Shown: one piece after another, positions 1 through 10,023 of the stretch
Layout of the letters: every line of letters begins with the position of its first letter
Position numbering within the stretch: position 1 is the first letter of the stretch
Virus record (IMG/VR): IMGVR_UViG_2563366797_000001
Source of the DNA: a virus
Taxonomy: Duplodnaviria; Heunggongvirae; Uroviricota; Caudoviricetes
Reading direction: 5' to 3' (one strand)
DNA: 23,088 nt
Notes under the pieces: model-generated
Seen by the model: only the letters and a program-made list of their open reading frames with translations
Database searches by the model: none
Told to the model about the DNA's origin: nothing
Position numbers and translations under genes: made by a program

Positions 1-211
1 TTGAGAAGCGGTGTAAGTGAACTGCAGTTGCCATGTTTTACGGCAGTGAGAGCAGAGATAGCGCTGATGTCCGGCAGTGCTTTTGCCGTTACGCACCACC
101 CCGTCAGTAGCTGAACAGGAGGGACAGCTGATAGAAACAGAAGCCACTGGAGCACCTCAAAAACACCATCATACACTAAATCAGTAAGTTGGCAGCATCA
201 CCTATCACGGC

Positions 212-421
212 ATGCGAATTGAGCTTAAAGAACCAAATGGTAAAGCCCCGACGAAAGAGCAGATCGCCTGGATGCGCAGGCTTAGAGAGGAAGGTTACTA
301 CGTCGTTCTTGCGTATGGTGCAGAACAAGCGATAACCGCCATCCTGGAATACATAAGCCTTAAAAAGGGTGAGGCTATTGAGCATGTATTGAACGGCGAC
401 AAGTGGTTGTATGCTGCTTAA
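212..421 (+). CDS. VRR-NUC-like nuclease, C-terminal fragment (possible remnant)
   Basis: 69-aa ORF with ...YHGMRIELK...EQIAWMRRLREEGYYVV..., resembling the (D/E)xK C-terminal half of VRR-NUC domains. The same frame has a TAA at 185-187 and no upstream frame carries the expected N-terminal half, so it is probably truncated. Confidence 0.3.
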   Translation: MRIELKEPNGKAPTKEQIAWMRRLREEGYYVVLAYGAEQAITAILEYISLKKGEAIEHVLNGDKWLYAA

Positions 422-426
422 AATAA

Positions 427-443
427 TAAATTAATTAGTGCAT
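427..443 (-). promoter_or_regulatory. Degenerate C1 operator-like site (GCACTAAT core)
   Basis: Minus-strand reading ATGCACTAATTAATTTA; close to the Op99a-type variant at 18095-18111 but with about 3 mismatches to the ATTGCTCTAATAAATTT consensus. Confidence 0.3.
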
Positions 444-487
444 ATGTGCTCTTTGATATAGCGCACATTAACATCGGGAGAATAATC

Positions 488-643
488 GTGTCATTCAAGG
501 CTAATTATGAATCGCTGGCATCGATCATGCCGCGTAATGAACAGGAAGCAGATGCTGTAGTGGACCCGGTAATCGCTGAAATGAATGCTCGCCTGGAGGC
601 TGAATTTGCAGCTGAGAATGAACATACCACCCAGGGCGACTAG
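488..643 (+). CDS. Small hypothetical protein (GTG start)
   Basis: GTG at 488 preceded by GGGAG; about 51 aa in the frame of ORF 446..643. No recognisable motif. Confidence 0.2.
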   Translation: MSFKANYESLASIMPRNEQEADAVVDPVIAEMNARLEAEFAAENEHTTQGD

Positions 644-1247
644 GACTGTTTTTTGTGTCGGTAGCGGTCCGTCACTCACTCGTGAGGACTGTGCTGCTAT
701 AGAAAAAACTGGCTGTTCAATCATCGCGGTTAACAATTCCTGGCAGATGTTCGATGACATTTATGCCTTATACGCCGGTGATTTGTCATGGTGGAAGCAA
801 TACGGATCCACCATACCGGGAGGGAGATTCCGCAAAGTGACAGCCAACCTGGCGGCGGCGAAATCATTTTCGTTGGAGTACAGGCGATATTGTGGACCGG
901 CGGAAGGGGTAAATAGCGGCGCGCAGGCTATCAGTCTGGCTGCTGAATCAGGGGCTGAAGTAGTGGTATTAGTCGGCTATGACTGTTCTCTGCAAAACGG
1001 CCTTCATTGGCATGGCGCGCACCCTCAAGCCCTACGGAATCCAACGCAGGTGTCTATTTCAAAATGGCAACAGCAGTTCCTGGATACCCGCAAAAAACAC
1101 GCAGATTTACATATTTTGAATGCAAGTAGGAGCAGTGCAATTCAATGTTTCCCAAGAATAAATTTAGAGGCAGTGATCGCGTTATTATCGTCGGCAGTGG
1201 CCCAAGCGCCGCAAACTTTGTTGCGCCGCGCGGAGTGCCGATTATAG
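618..1247 (+). CDS. Sialyltransferase/Maf-like (GT42/DUF115-like) putative glycosyltransferase, paralog 1
   Basis: VFCVGSGPSL...IIAVNNS...NSGAQAISLAAESGAEVVVLVGYDCS...HWHG, matching the recalled Cst-II/Maf pattern (GNGPSL loop, second strand, SG...A...LG...L.G.D, catalytic His region). Start could be 585 or 618. Confidence 0.5.
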   Translation: MNIPPRATRTVFCVGSGPSLTREDCAAIEKTGCSIIAVNNSWQMFDDIYALYAGDLSWWKQYGSTIPGGRFRKVTANLAAAKSFSLEYRRYCGPAEGVNSGAQAISLAAESGAEVVVLVGYDCSLQNGLHWHGAHPQALRNPTQVSISKWQQQFLDTRKKHADLHILNASRSSAIQCFPRINLEAVIALLSSAVAQAPQTLLRRAECRL

Positions 1248-1771
1248 CGGTCAATGGGGCCATCGACTGGCTTAACCGCGCTTCTTATTTTTTCACCCTT
1301 GATCCATCGCCAGACAATATGCGGCGCGTTGGTCGTGGCCGCCGTCGCCGTGGTGTTTGTTATTGCATGGCACTACCCGATGTTAAAGAACGTGAAGTCA
1401 GAGATGGCGTTCTGTGCTTCCGTCGTGTGGCTGAGCGCGGCACGGAGCCAAAAAATACGAATTCTCCCGAGTGGTGGGCGTGGCGCTGGTCCGCACATTT
1501 CGGCCTTTGCGAAGATGAGAATGAAATTGCCAGCGGCAATAGTGCATATGGTGCTCTGAACCTGGCTTTCCATATCGGATTCAAACATGTCGCCCTGGTG
1601 GGCGTTGACGCTACACAAGAACCACGCGTTCACTCCGGCGGCACGCCAAAAAATCTAAGTCACCTGCCTTTGTTATTCCAGTCTGCGCGTGAACAGATTG
1701 ACGTTGTTTCATGCGGGAAAATGGGAGGTATTCCGCAGATGACTCTTAAAGAATGGCTGAAGAATACATGA
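1145..1771 (+). CDS. Sialyltransferase/Maf-like (GT42/DUF115-like) putative glycosyltransferase, paralog 2
   Basis: [13 protein letters not shown]...IIAVNGA...[28 protein letters not shown]...VHSGGTPKN; same motif order as paralog 1. AGGAG lies upstream of the ATG; overlaps the paralog 1 tail by about 100 nt. Confidence 0.5.
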   Translation: MFPKNKFRGSDRVIIVGSGPSAANFVAPRGVPIIAVNGAIDWLNRASYFFTLDPSPDNMRRVGRGRRRRGVCYCMALPDVKEREVRDGVLCFRRVAERGTEPKNTNSPEWWAWRWSAHFGLCEDENEIASGNSAYGALNLAFHIGFKHVALVGVDATQEPRVHSGGTPKNLSHLPLLFQSAREQIDVVSCGKMGGIPQMTLKEWLKNT

Positions 1772-2445
1772 TGGCACCCACAATTTATCACCGTATCGAC
1801 GGTACCAAATACAGGAATGTCTGGGTTGTTGGTGATCTGCATGGTTGCTACACCAGACTGATGTCCGAACTCCATCGTGTGGATTTTGACCCGGCGCAGG
1901 ATTTACTGATATCGGTCGGCGACCTTATCGATCGCGGTACTGAAAATGTCGAATGTCTGGAACTATTGCAGATGCCCTGGTTCAGGGCAGTGATGGGGAA
2001 CCATGAGCGGCTGATGATTGATGCGTTAAGTCCAGATGGCAACGTGAATAACTGGCTAATGAATGGCGGTCAATGGTTCTTCATGCTGGACGCTGATCAG
2101 GAAATATTAGCCAGGGCGCTGGTGGAGTTGGTAAGACGACTGCCCTATATCATTGAGTTGAACACCGGGCAAGAAACTATCGTTATAGCCCATGCCGACT
2201 ATCCGGATAATGAATATCAATTCGGTAAGGAGGTGCCGCTTTTCAACGTTGTCTGGGCGCGCGAGCGTATCAGTGATTCGATGGATGATATTGGTGGCGA
2301 AATTTCTGGCGCAGATCGTTTTATCTTTGGTCACACTCCGGTGAAAAGCCCGAAGACATTCTGGAATCAGCATTATATCGACACAGGTGCCGTATTTTGC
2401 GGAAACCTGACATTGATGAAAGTGAAAGGTGATGGTGCAGCATGA
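1768..2445 (+). CDS. Ser/Thr protein phosphatase, lambda PPase / PrpA-PrpB family (metallophosphoesterase)
   Basis: Near full-length match to recalled lambda phosphatase: [44 protein letters not shown] at 1768 overlaps the upstream stop (ATGA); 1753 is an alternative start. Confidence 0.85.
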   Translation: MMAPTIYHRIDGTKYRNVWVVGDLHGCYTRLMSELHRVDFDPAQDLLISVGDLIDRGTENVECLELLQMPWFRAVMGNHERLMIDALSPDGNVNNWLMNGGQWFFMLDADQEILARALVELVRRLPYIIELNTGQETIVIAHADYPDNEYQFGKEVPLFNVVWARERISDSMDDIGGEISGADRFIFGHTPVKSPKTFWNQHYIDTGAVFCGNLTLMKVKGDGAA

Positions 2446-3143
2446 AGATTGCTTTAGTTCTTCGCTCTGGTGGTGACTATAACGCTTCCGATGTGCAGTG
2501 GCTGGTTAATCAACTGCCAAAAGGCTATGAAATTATTTGCCTGACAGACCTGAAGCGTTTACATGTACCTGGCGTCAAAGTTGTCCCATTGATCAACCAG
2601 TGGCAAAAGTGCCGTGGCTGGTGGGCGAAAATCGAGTTGTTCCGACCGGATATAACCGATGATCTGTTCTATCTGGATTTGGACACGGTTATTGCCGGTG
2701 ATATACGCCCAATCCTAGAGAATCCACCAACCAGCTTCACCATGCTTAGGGATTTTTACCATCCACAATATCGTGGCAGCGGTGCCCTGTGGATACCAAA
2801 TAGTGTAAAAGCGCATATCTGGAGTGCATTCTGGCAAGATCCGGAAGGTTGGATTGCTCGTTGTGTTACTACTGAATGCTGGGGTGAGCAGGGGTTTTTG
2901 CGGAAGGTTATGGGTGATGATACACCAGCATTTCAGGATCTGTATCCGGGATGGTTTGTAAGTTACAAGGCCGATGTTGTGGAACCTGGTTCGAAATATG
3001 CGAGCGCGCGTTACTCCAGGGGGAATGGGGCATTACCAAAAGACTGCCGAATAATCTTTTTCCACGGCAAACCGCGACCTCGCGAAGTGTCAGAGGATTG
3101 GCTTCCCCTTATCAGCTCATTTTTTGAGCGAGAATCAGAATAA
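2442..3143 (+). CDS. GT-A fold (GT8-like) nucleotide-sugar glycosyltransferase
   Basis: N-terminal strand [12 protein letters not shown], DxD-type motif [14 protein letters not shown]-terminal FFHGKPRP resembling the GT8 H.G..KPW motif. ATGA start-stop overlap with the phosphatase gene. Confidence 0.5.
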   Translation: MKIALVLRSGGDYNASDVQWLVNQLPKGYEIICLTDLKRLHVPGVKVVPLINQWQKCRGWWAKIELFRPDITDDLFYLDLDTVIAGDIRPILENPPTSFTMLRDFYHPQYRGSGALWIPNSVKAHIWSAFWQDPEGWIARCVTTECWGEQGFLRKVMGDDTPAFQDLYPGWFVSYKADVVEPGSKYASARYSRGNGALPKDCRIIFFHGKPRPREVSEDWLPLISSFFERESE

Positions 3144-3144
3144 T

Positions 3145-3161
3145 ATTGCTCTAATAATTCC
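3145..3161 (+). promoter_or_regulatory. C1 operator-like site
   Basis: ATTGCTCTAATAATTCC, two bases after the glycosyltransferase stop codon. Confidence 0.55.
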
Positions 3162-3169
3162 ATATTTTT

Positions 3170-3199
3170 AAAACGTGATGTACACTCATCACGTTTTTT
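3170..3199 (+). terminator. Intrinsic terminator hairpin (bidirectional-looking) between two inverted operator sites
   Basis: AAAACGTGATG-TACACT-CATCACGTTTT followed by T-run; preceded by T/A run on the other side. Confidence 0.55.
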
Positions 3200-3210
3200 A
3201 TTAGAGCAAT
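3194..3210 (-). promoter_or_regulatory. C1 operator-like site (inverted relative to 3145-3161)
   Basis: Minus-strand reading ATTGCTCTAATAAAAAA. Confidence 0.55.
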
Positions 3211-3224
3211 CTATAAGGTGCACT

Positions 3225-3443
3225 ATGTGGCCATTCCGACGGAAATATCACTACTGGCTGATCGCCTTTGTTACGCCGACCGGCGGTATCAGGCATGTCA
3301 TCACCAGGTATCGCAACAAGAGACTCACCTTAGCCAGAATTTTACAGGCTGCCATAGGTGAGGGACTGGATACAAATTGCGTAGTCCTTCCACCTTCATA
3401 CTTAGGAAAAATGACCGAAGCACAAGCTAATACGGAACTTTGA
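3225..3443 (+). CDS. Hypothetical protein (72 aa)
   Basis: ATG with AAGGTG about 7 nt upstream, directly after the operator site. No recognisable motif. Confidence 0.3.
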   Translation: MWPFRRKYHYWLIAFVTPTGGIRHVITRYRNKRLTLARILQAAIGEGLDTNCVVLPPSYLGKMTEAQANTEL

Positions 3444-3602
3444 AATGAGCACTTCAGCACAAAACCAATCAATCGAAAATGTATCTAGAGGAAACTGCGG
3501 CAAGAAGACTTCTCGATGTTTGCTATGCACGTAGCGATGCATGGGAAAAAGAGAACGGCGGCACTATTTACGTTCGCTGATAGTTACAGTGTCACTTTTA
3601 AT

Positions 3603-3633
3603 GCTGGTGGAGTGCTCCCACCAGCATTTTTTT
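3603..3633 (+). terminator. Rho-independent terminator
   Basis: GCTGGTGG-AGTGCTC-CCACCAGC followed by ATTTTTTT. Confidence 0.55.
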
Positions 3634-3652
3634 CGTCCAATGAGGAGGGCAT

Positions 3653-4159
3653 TTGAGTATTTTCAATAAACACGCACACCAGGAACGTCCGTACATCGTC
3701 ATAGTAGATATTGATGGGACGATATCAGAGGCAACGGAAGACAGGCTGCATTTACTTCCACCACCTGGCAAAGGTGCATTAACAGAGCACTGGAACGAGT
3801 TTAACCTTGCCTGTGACACTGATGCTCCCATCACTCCAGTTATTGATATGGTGCGCCAGTTGTCCGGCATTTACACCCTCTGGTTTGTAACCGGGCGCTG
3901 TGAGATAGCCAGGGATAAAACACGAGCCTGGTTGCGTAAGCACGTAACAAATGGGGCTGAGCCTTTGCTATCTATGCGTCCTGCCACCGATGACAGAAAT
4001 GACGGTCCAGCAAAGATTGATCTCCTGAAGAAAATTGGTCTAAGTAAAATTGCGTTCGCGCTGGAAGATAAGATTGAAGTGGCGCGTGTTTTCAGGAGTC
4101 ACGGCGTACTTACGTTAATGGTCAGGGAGTATGAAAACGCGCTTCTCCATCAACAATAA
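3653..4159 (+). CDS. HAD-superfamily phosphatase-like protein
   Basis: TTG start with strong GAGGAGGG Shine-Dalgarno. HAD motif I VIVDIDGTI (DxDGT), motif II LWFVTGR, acidic motif FALEDK. Confidence 0.5.
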   Translation: MSIFNKHAHQERPYIVIVDIDGTISEATEDRLHLLPPPGKGALTEHWNEFNLACDTDAPITPVIDMVRQLSGIYTLWFVTGRCEIARDKTRAWLRKHVTNGAEPLLSMRPATDDRNDGPAKIDLLKKIGLSKIAFALEDKIEVARVFRSHGVLTLMVREYENALLHQQ

Positions 4160-4175
4160 TTGCTCTAATAAATCT
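4159..4175 (+). promoter_or_regulatory. C1 operator site with promoter-like TTGATT immediately downstream
   Basis: ATTGCTCTAATAAATCT followed by CTTGATTTTT; the same operator-TTGATTTTT arrangement recurs at 18642. Confidence 0.6.
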
Positions 4176-4257
4176 TGATTTTTAAAACAGAGAAAGTGAA
4201 AATAAAAACATGCCGCAAGGCGCGGCATGTATCCAATCAATCACAGGAGCTGAAAAT

Positions 4258-4344
4258 ATGAACACGGCATTCAAAATCATTATGGCCGCGATCTATTTCT
4301 GGCTGTTCTCTATCACTTTTGGCAGCATTGTCGCGCATGGGTAA
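4258..4344 (+). CDS. Small hydrophobic peptide (28 aa), possible membrane peptide or toxin-like
   Basis: MNTAFKIIMAAIYFWLFSITFGSIVAHG; AGGAG 8 nt upstream; downstream of the 4159 operator and a hairpin (4210-4231). Too short for the ORF track. Confidence 0.3.
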   Translation: MNTAFKIIMAAIYFWLFSITFGSIVAHG

Positions 4345-4423
4345 GGGGAGTATATTAGCCATTTGGAACCCCACGGTCTCTTGCGGGTTTAATTAAGAAC
4401 CCGCAAGAAAAATACGAATTGGG

Positions 4424-7400
4424 CTATATTTTTCCGCCTACGCCTTTAAACTTCTCAATAAACGAGACGATTTTCTGGAAAACTGCCTGTTTTTTCGTTT
4501 TATATTGCGGATTCAACGGACTAAGTTTTGGTAATGTTTCGTTTAATTCTGTGCCATTTTCGGTGGCGTATTCGCGTTTTAAAGACGTGCGAATATAGCG
4601 TTTTGCTGCATCTTCATTGAGATTTTCTTCTTTTATCAATGCTTCTGCTTCACGTTGCTGTTCGCGTTGAGCAAACGTAAAGAATGCCTCAATGATACTG
4701 GCTTTGTCTGGTAAATCATCCAGGTTCGTTTGCTGAATAAAATCGACCACCAGGCCCTCTTTCGCCCGGTTCCCCAGGCTTGAACGAATTAAGCGTTTGA
4801 CCTCTTCGATCATTTCGCCCTTGCCTTTATTTTGTCTATTGTGTTCGAAAATCAGTCCAAGGATATAATCCAGGTTTATTTCCTGAGACTTCAGCAAATC
4901 GACCTCAAAAACTACGTCATCCCAGTCAGTGGTTGATTTCTCTTTTTTCTCAGCTTCTTTCTCACGGCGCTGCCAGTCGCGAATATCGTTATAGGCAGAA
5001 CGATAATCCTGAATCTTGCGATCAGCAGGGAGACGAATTGTTTGCAATTCAGCGAACTTTTCATTATCCACATAATGTTCTGCTTTGAATTTTTCTACCG
5101 CAACAGGATCGCTAAGATCGATTTGTTGCAGGGCTTTTAGCGTGGCAAATTCATCATAGTTTTGCAGGATGTTCTCGGCACGCAGGTATTCGCCAAACAG
5201 TTTAACGAAGTCTTTCTTCTCTTTTTCACTTTCAATACTGGTAGGGTCAGGGAACCGTTGTTCCAGTTCTGAAACTACTGTCATGAAGCCGCGTTTAGCT
5301 TCACCAGTGGCAGCATCAGTAAAGCCTTCCATATACTCTGCATAACTCTTTTCTAAAACCACATTTTTGGTATTTTTGTCACCAAACAGCGTTATGGCAT
5401 CAATGGTTGAGCGTTCCAGATCCCGGAACGTGACAATATTACCGAAGGTTTTAGTCGCGTCATAAATGCGGTTGGTGCGGGAGAATGCCTGCATCAGGCC
5501 GTGAAAACGCAAGTTTTTATCGACGAATAGCGTGTTTAATGTTGGAGCATCGAAGCCGGTTAAAAACATCCCCACGACAATTAGCAGATCGATATCCTGA
5601 TTTTTAACCCGCTGGGCTAAATCACGATAGTAGTTCTGAAAACCGTTACTGTCGGTGCTAAAGTTAGTTTTAAAATGGCTGTTATATTCACGAATTGCAG
5701 CGTCCAGAAACTCTTTAGCACTGCTGTCCATTGCGCTGGTATCAAAAGTTTCATCGGAAATTTCACCAATGGCATTTTGTTCTTCATTGGCGGCAAAGGA
5801 GAAGATTGTCGCAATACGCAGCGGTTTATAGGTAGCCGATTTATTAGCGGCTTCTTCTTGTAACCGTTTAAACGTCGCATAATAGGCTTTCGCGGCATCC
5901 ACGCTGCTCACTGCCAACATAGCATTAAAACCTTTTGAGCCAGGGAAGGTACGGTGGGTTTTCTGGCGGAAATTATTCAGAATATATTGCGTGATTTCCT
6001 GAATACGCATGGGATGAAGAAACGCCTGCTGATTTTCAGCCGCACTCAGTTTTTTCTCGTCAGTTTCTGTCTCTAAAGACTTAAACTGTGGCCGCACATC
6101 GTTGTAGTCCACCTTGAATTTGAGCACTTTTTCGTCACGAATCGCATCGGTAATTACATACGAATGCAATTCACGACCAAATACGCTGGCGGTTGTTTCT
6201 GAGCCTAAGGCGTTTTCCGGGAAAATAGGGGTGCCGGTAAAACCAAACTGATAATAGCGTTTGAATTTCTTCTTCAGGTTTTTCTGCGCTTCTCCAAACT
6301 GGCTGCGGTGGCATTCATCAAATATAAACACCACTTGCTGATTATATACAGGCAGATCGCTTTCTGCTTTCATCAGGTTATTGAGTTTCTGAATAGTAGT
6401 GACGATAATTTTGTTATCGTCCTTATCCAGATTTCGTTTAAGACCTGCGGTATTTTCCGAGCCGTTGACGCTGTCTGGCGAAAAACGCTGATATTCCTTC
6501 ATGGTCTGGTAATCGAGGTCTTTCCTGTCGACCACAAAGAAGACTTTATCAATAAAGTCCAGCTCTGTTGCCAGACGCGCGGCTTTAAAGCTGGTGAGGG
6601 TTTTACCAGAACCGGTAGTGTGCCAGATATACCCACCGCTTTCCGGTTTTGACCAGTTCTTCGCTGTAAAGGAACTCTTAATTTTCCACAGAATGCGCTC
6701 GGTGGCGGCAATCTGGTACGGTCGCATTACCAGTAGTGTCTGACTGCTGTCAAAAACGCTGTAGTTCACCAGAACATTAAGCAGAGTATGTTTCTGGAAA
6801 AAGGTAGCGGTAAAGTCTTTGAGGTCTTTAATCAGTGTATTGTCTGATTTAGCCCAGTTCATGGTGAAGTCAAAACTGTTTTTATCGCGCTTTGTGGTGT
6901 TGGCAAAATAACGGGTATCAGTGCCGTTGGAAATGACGAACAGCTGCAGATACTTAAACAGGGAATTTTCGCTGTTAAAACTCTCTTTACTGTAACGATG
7001 TATCTGGTTGAAAGCCTCACGAATCGCCACCCCGCGTTTTTTTAGTTCGATTTGCACCAGCGGTAAACCATTAACCAGGATCGTGACGTCATAACGGTTA
7101 GCATGAGAACCCGTCTGTTCAAACTGCTGGATAATCTGCACCTTATTGCGCATGAGATTCTTTTTATCTATCAAATAGATGTTCTCAAGACGCTCGTCAT
7201 CAAAAATAAAGTCGCAAATATAGTCGATATGGATTTTACGGGTCTTATCCAGAATGCCATCGCTCGGGTTATCCAGATACTGCTCCGTGAAACGCCGCCA
7301 CTCGCTGTCATTAAACACCACACCATTGAGGTTCTGAAGCTGTTCCCGAACATTGGCTAGCATCGCCGACTGTGATTTTACGGATATAAATTCATAGCCC

Positions 7401-7540
7401 TGATTCCGCAGGTCCTGAATCAGTTCACGTTCCAGGTCCGATTCGCTCTGGTAGCTGTCGCCTGTTTGCTCAGCTTTGATGTACTTATCAAGGACGATAA
7501 AGTTATTGGATTCAGCAATGGTGTGTGTTTGATGAGTCAT
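4424..7540 (-). CDS. hsdR: Type I restriction enzyme R subunit (HsdR)
   Basis: 1038 aa; Walker [18 protein letters not shown]-box-like [11 protein letters not shown], helicase motifs; last gene of the M-S-R operon. Confidence 0.95.
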   Translation of the reverse strand: MTHQTHTIAESNNFIVLDKYIKAEQTGDSYQSESDLERELIQDLRNQGYEFISVKSQSAMLANVREQLQNLNGVVFNDSEWRRFTEQYLDNPSDGILDKTRKIHIDYICDFIFDDERLENIYLIDKKNLMRNKVQIIQQFEQTGSHANRYDVTILVNGLPLVQIELKKRGVAIREAFNQIHRYSKESFNSENSLFKYLQLFVISNGTDTRYFANTTKRDKNSFDFTMNWAKSDNTLIKDLKDFTATFFQKHTLLNVLVNYSVFDSSQTLLVMRPYQIAATERILWKIKSSFTAKNWSKPESGGYIWHTTGSGKTLTSFKAARLATELDFIDKVFFVVDRKDLDYQTMKEYQRFSPDSVNGSENTAGLKRNLDKDDNKIIVTTIQKLNNLMKAESDLPVYNQQVVFIFDECHRSQFGEAQKNLKKKFKRYYQFGFTGTPIFPENALGSETTASVFGRELHSYVITDAIRDEKVLKFKVDYNDVRPQFKSLETETDEKKLSAAENQQAFLHPMRIQEITQYILNNFRQKTHRTFPGSKGFNAMLAVSSVDAAKAYYATFKRLQEEAANKSATYKPLRIATIFSFAANEEQNAIGEISDETFDTSAMDSSAKEFLDAAIREYNSHFKTNFSTDSNGFQNYYRDLAQRVKNQDIDLLIVVGMFLTGFDAPTLNTLFVDKNLRFHGLMQAFSRTNRIYDATKTFGNIVTFRDLERSTIDAITLFGDKNTKNVVLEKSYAEYMEGFTDAATGEAKRGFMTVVSELEQRFPDPTSIESEKEKKDFVKLFGEYLRAENILQNYDEFATLKALQQIDLSDPVAVEKFKAEHYVDNEKFAELQTIRLPADRKIQDYRSAYNDIRDWQRREKEAEKKEKSTTDWDDVVFEVDLLKSQEINLDYILGLIFEHNRQNKGKGEMIEEVKRLIRSSLGNRAKEGLVVDFIQQTNLDDLPDKASIIEAFFTFAQREQQREAEALIKEENLNEDAAKRYIRTSLKREYATENGTELNETLPKLSPLNPQYKTKKQAVFQKIVSFIEKFKGVGGKI

Positions 7541-7661
7541 AGCGCATCCTTTGTGCCGTCTGGCAAGGGCCGGAAGGGAGTTAAGGGCGACTTCCGGCGT
7601 GTAGAAAATAGTCTATATACTGACCGGATGTTAAGGTGGTCCGGTCTGTAAAAATGCTCAA

Positions 7662-8288
7662 TTAATTACTGGCTGTTTCAGGTTTTGGGAAACTGAACAG
7701 TAAATCACGATAGTACTCGTATTGTTTCTGGCGCAACTCGATTTCACGCGGGAGACCTTCGGTGATGGAGTTGGTCAGTGTGTCGAATTTGTCCAGAATT
7801 CGCACGATTTCAGACTGGATGGCAAGGGATTTTTCCGGATTATCCGGGCAGGGGATTGGGATTTTTTTTTGAGAATAATTACTAATCCATTGGCGTTTAT
7901 GGTCTCCCTCTGCGAATTCACTTGGTAATGTATTGAGCCAATAGTAAACATATTTCAGTAAGGTTTTATTATCATCACATGATGTAACCATTTTCATGGC
8001 CGATGATTTTGCCTTAAAGTCAAAATCCACCCATTTATTAGCGGTGGTGAAATCATCAAAAATTATTACAGGTGCCTTTGATGCCTGATAAATACCATGA
8101 GTCTCATTTGTGTATCCAAGAATAAATGTTTTTCCGGCAGTAAGAACCGGTATGGTATATGTGTCGTGATAATCTTTTGCTTTTACCAAATACTTTGTTG
8201 GCTGTTCATATTTGGTTATTTCCCCCAATGGCAACCACTCAACTTCAACCCCATCCAGCAATTTTTCCAGATAACTCATCTCGCTCAT
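7662..8288 (-). CDS. hsdS: Type I specificity subunit (HsdS), short single-TRD form
   Basis: 208 aa; start overlaps the hsdM stop by 4 nt (coupling); position between hsdM and hsdR; length is consistent with one target-recognition domain plus a conserved region. Confidence 0.8.
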   Translation of the reverse strand: MSEMSYLEKLLDGVEVEWLPLGEITKYEQPTKYLVKAKDYHDTYTIPVLTAGKTFILGYTNETHGIYQASKAPVIIFDDFTTANKWVDFDFKAKSSAMKMVTSCDDNKTLLKYVYYWLNTLPSEFAEGDHKRQWISNYSQKKIPIPCPDNPEKSLAIQSEIVRILDKFDTLTNSITEGLPREIELRQKQYEYYRDLLFSFPKPETASN

Positions 8289-9847
8289 TTCTGCACCTCG
8301 CAGCCTTCAATTTCAGCCACAATCGCATCAATATCTTTGCGCAACTGGTCGATTTTGCTGACCGTGGTTTTCAGCTCAGCATTCAGCTCACCGATATCGA
8401 TAATTTCGCGAGTATCTTTCGCTTCAACATAACTGCTCACCGACAGGTTATAGTCATTCGCGACAACAGTCTCAAACGCAACAGATTTCGCCAGATGGGC
8501 AACATCTTCCTTGCCGGCAAATACCTGCATAATCTGTTCGATATGGGCATCGGTCAGGATATTGTTGTTAGTCTCTTTTTTGAACAATTCGCTGGCATCA
8601 ATAAACTGAACTTTGGTATCCGTTTTATGTTTAGACAGCACCAGAATATTGACGGCAATGGTGGTGCCAAAGAACAGGTTCGGTGCCAGTGAAATCACGG
8701 TTTCGACATAGTTATTGTCGACCAGATATTGACGGATTTTCTGCTCTGCGCCGCCACGGTAAAAAATACCCGGGAAGCAGACAATCGCAGCACGACCTTT
8801 GGCCGAAAGATAGTTCAGCGCATGTAGTACAAACGCAAAGTCAGCTTTGGATTTGGGGGCCAGGACGCCAGCCGGGGCAAAACGTTCATCGTTAATCAGC
8901 GTCGGGTCATCGCTGCCAATCCATTTCACCGAATACGGCGGGTTAGAAACGATGGCATCAAACGGTTTTTCATCTCTGAAGTGTGGCTCAGTCAGTGTAT
9001 TACCCAGCTTGATATCAAACTTGTCGTAGTTGATGTTGTGCAAAAACATGTTCATACGTGCCAGGTTATAGGTTGTATGGTTGATTTCCTGACCAAAAAA
9101 GCCTTCTTCGATGATATGGTTATCAAACTGCTTTTTAGCCTGCAACAACAGTGAGCCGGAACCCGCTGCCGGGTCGTAGATTTTGTTAACGTTGGTCTGC
9201 CCGTGCATAGCCAGTTGTGCAATCAGCTTGGAGACGTGCTGCGGTGTAAAGAACTCACCGCCTGACTTACCGGCATTTGCCGCATAGTTAGAAATCAGGA
9301 ACTCATAGGCATCACCGAACAGGTCAATCTGATGTTCGTTGAAGTCACCAAGTTTTAACCCTTCAACCCCTTTCAGAACCGCAGCCAGGCGGGCATTTTT
9401 ATCTTTAACGGTGTTACCCAGGCGGTTACTGGTGGTATCGAAATCAGCAAACAAACCTTTGATGTCTGCTTCTGAAGGGTAGCCGTAAGCAGAACTTTCG
9501 ATAGCAACGAAGATGCTGTTTAAATCTGCGTTCAGTCTGTCATTGGTATTTGCTTTCGCAGCTACGTTGCAGAAAAGCTGACTTGGGTAGATGAAGTAGC
9601 CTTTGGTTTTGATGGCATCGTCTTTAATGTCATCAGTAATTACGCTGTCATCCAGTTTCGCATAACAGATGCTGTCATCACCGGCTTCAATATAGCTGGA
9701 AAAATTTTCGCTGATAAAACGGTAGAAAAGCGCGCCCAGAACGTATTGCTTAAAATCCCATCCATCGACCGAACCTCTGACATCGTTAGCAATTTGCCAG
9801 ATTTGACGATGAAGCTCTGCACGTTGTTGAATACTTGTCATTTTCAT
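8285..9847 (-). CDS. hsdM: Type I N6-adenine DNA methyltransferase (HsdM)
   Basis: 520 aa; NPPY motif ([11 protein letters not shown]), AdoMet-binding region ([10 protein letters not shown]), typical HsdM N-terminus. Confidence 0.95.
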   Translation of the reverse strand: MKMTSIQQRAELHRQIWQIANDVRGSVDGWDFKQYVLGALFYRFISENFSSYIEAGDDSICYAKLDDSVITDDIKDDAIKTKGYFIYPSQLFCNVAAKANTNDRLNADLNSIFVAIESSAYGYPSEADIKGLFADFDTTSNRLGNTVKDKNARLAAVLKGVEGLKLGDFNEHQIDLFGDAYEFLISNYAANAGKSGGEFFTPQHVSKLIAQLAMHGQTNVNKIYDPAAGSGSLLLQAKKQFDNHIIEEGFFGQEINHTTYNLARMNMFLHNINYDKFDIKLGNTLTEPHFRDEKPFDAIVSNPPYSVKWIGSDDPTLINDERFAPAGVLAPKSKADFAFVLHALNYLSAKGRAAIVCFPGIFYRGGAEQKIRQYLVDNNYVETVISLAPNLFFGTTIAVNILVLSKHKTDTKVQFIDASELFKKETNNNILTDAHIEQIMQVFAGKEDVAHLAKSVAFETVVANDYNLSVSSYVEAKDTREIIDIGELNAELKTTVSKIDQLRKDIDAIVAEIEGCEVQK

Positions 9848-9986
9848 CCACTTATTTCAGGCTTATGTAATTGGCGGTGATTCTACAGCAACTTGGATGC
9901 TTTAGCAGTTCGGACATTAGGCTACGAATGACCTGCCTAGAGGTTTGTTAAGCCGCAAAGTGCTGGTGCTTTATGTCTGTGAAGTT

Positions 9987-10017
9987 TATAATTGTGTACA
10001 CATAACGAGTACACGAG
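9987..10017 (+). promoter_or_regulatory. phd-doc promoter/operator region
   Basis: TATAAT at 9987-9992 followed by perfect palindrome TGTGTACACA (9993-10002) and GAGTACACGAG directly upstream of the phd ATG. Confidence 0.55.
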
Positions 10018-10023
10018 GTATTT

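Noticed and set aside
1-114. Open frame running from the window edge to a TGA at 112-114 on the plus strand
   Set aside because: Only 37 codons visible, no start or recognisable motif; cannot be supported as a gene.
5617-7360. Several 60-114 aa ORFs on both strands inside hsdR (5617..5898, 5675..5863, 6308..6652, 6499..6711, 7103..7360, 7171..7353)
   Set aside because: All fully embedded in the 1038-aa HsdR frame, which has clear helicase motifs; typical spurious frames of an AT-rich gene.
7722-9029. Plus-strand ORFs overlapping hsdS and hsdM (7722..7928, 8097..8432, 8159..8692, 8683..8895, 8847..9029)
   Set aside because: Antisense to well-supported methyltransferase and specificity genes; no ribosome-binding sites or motifs.
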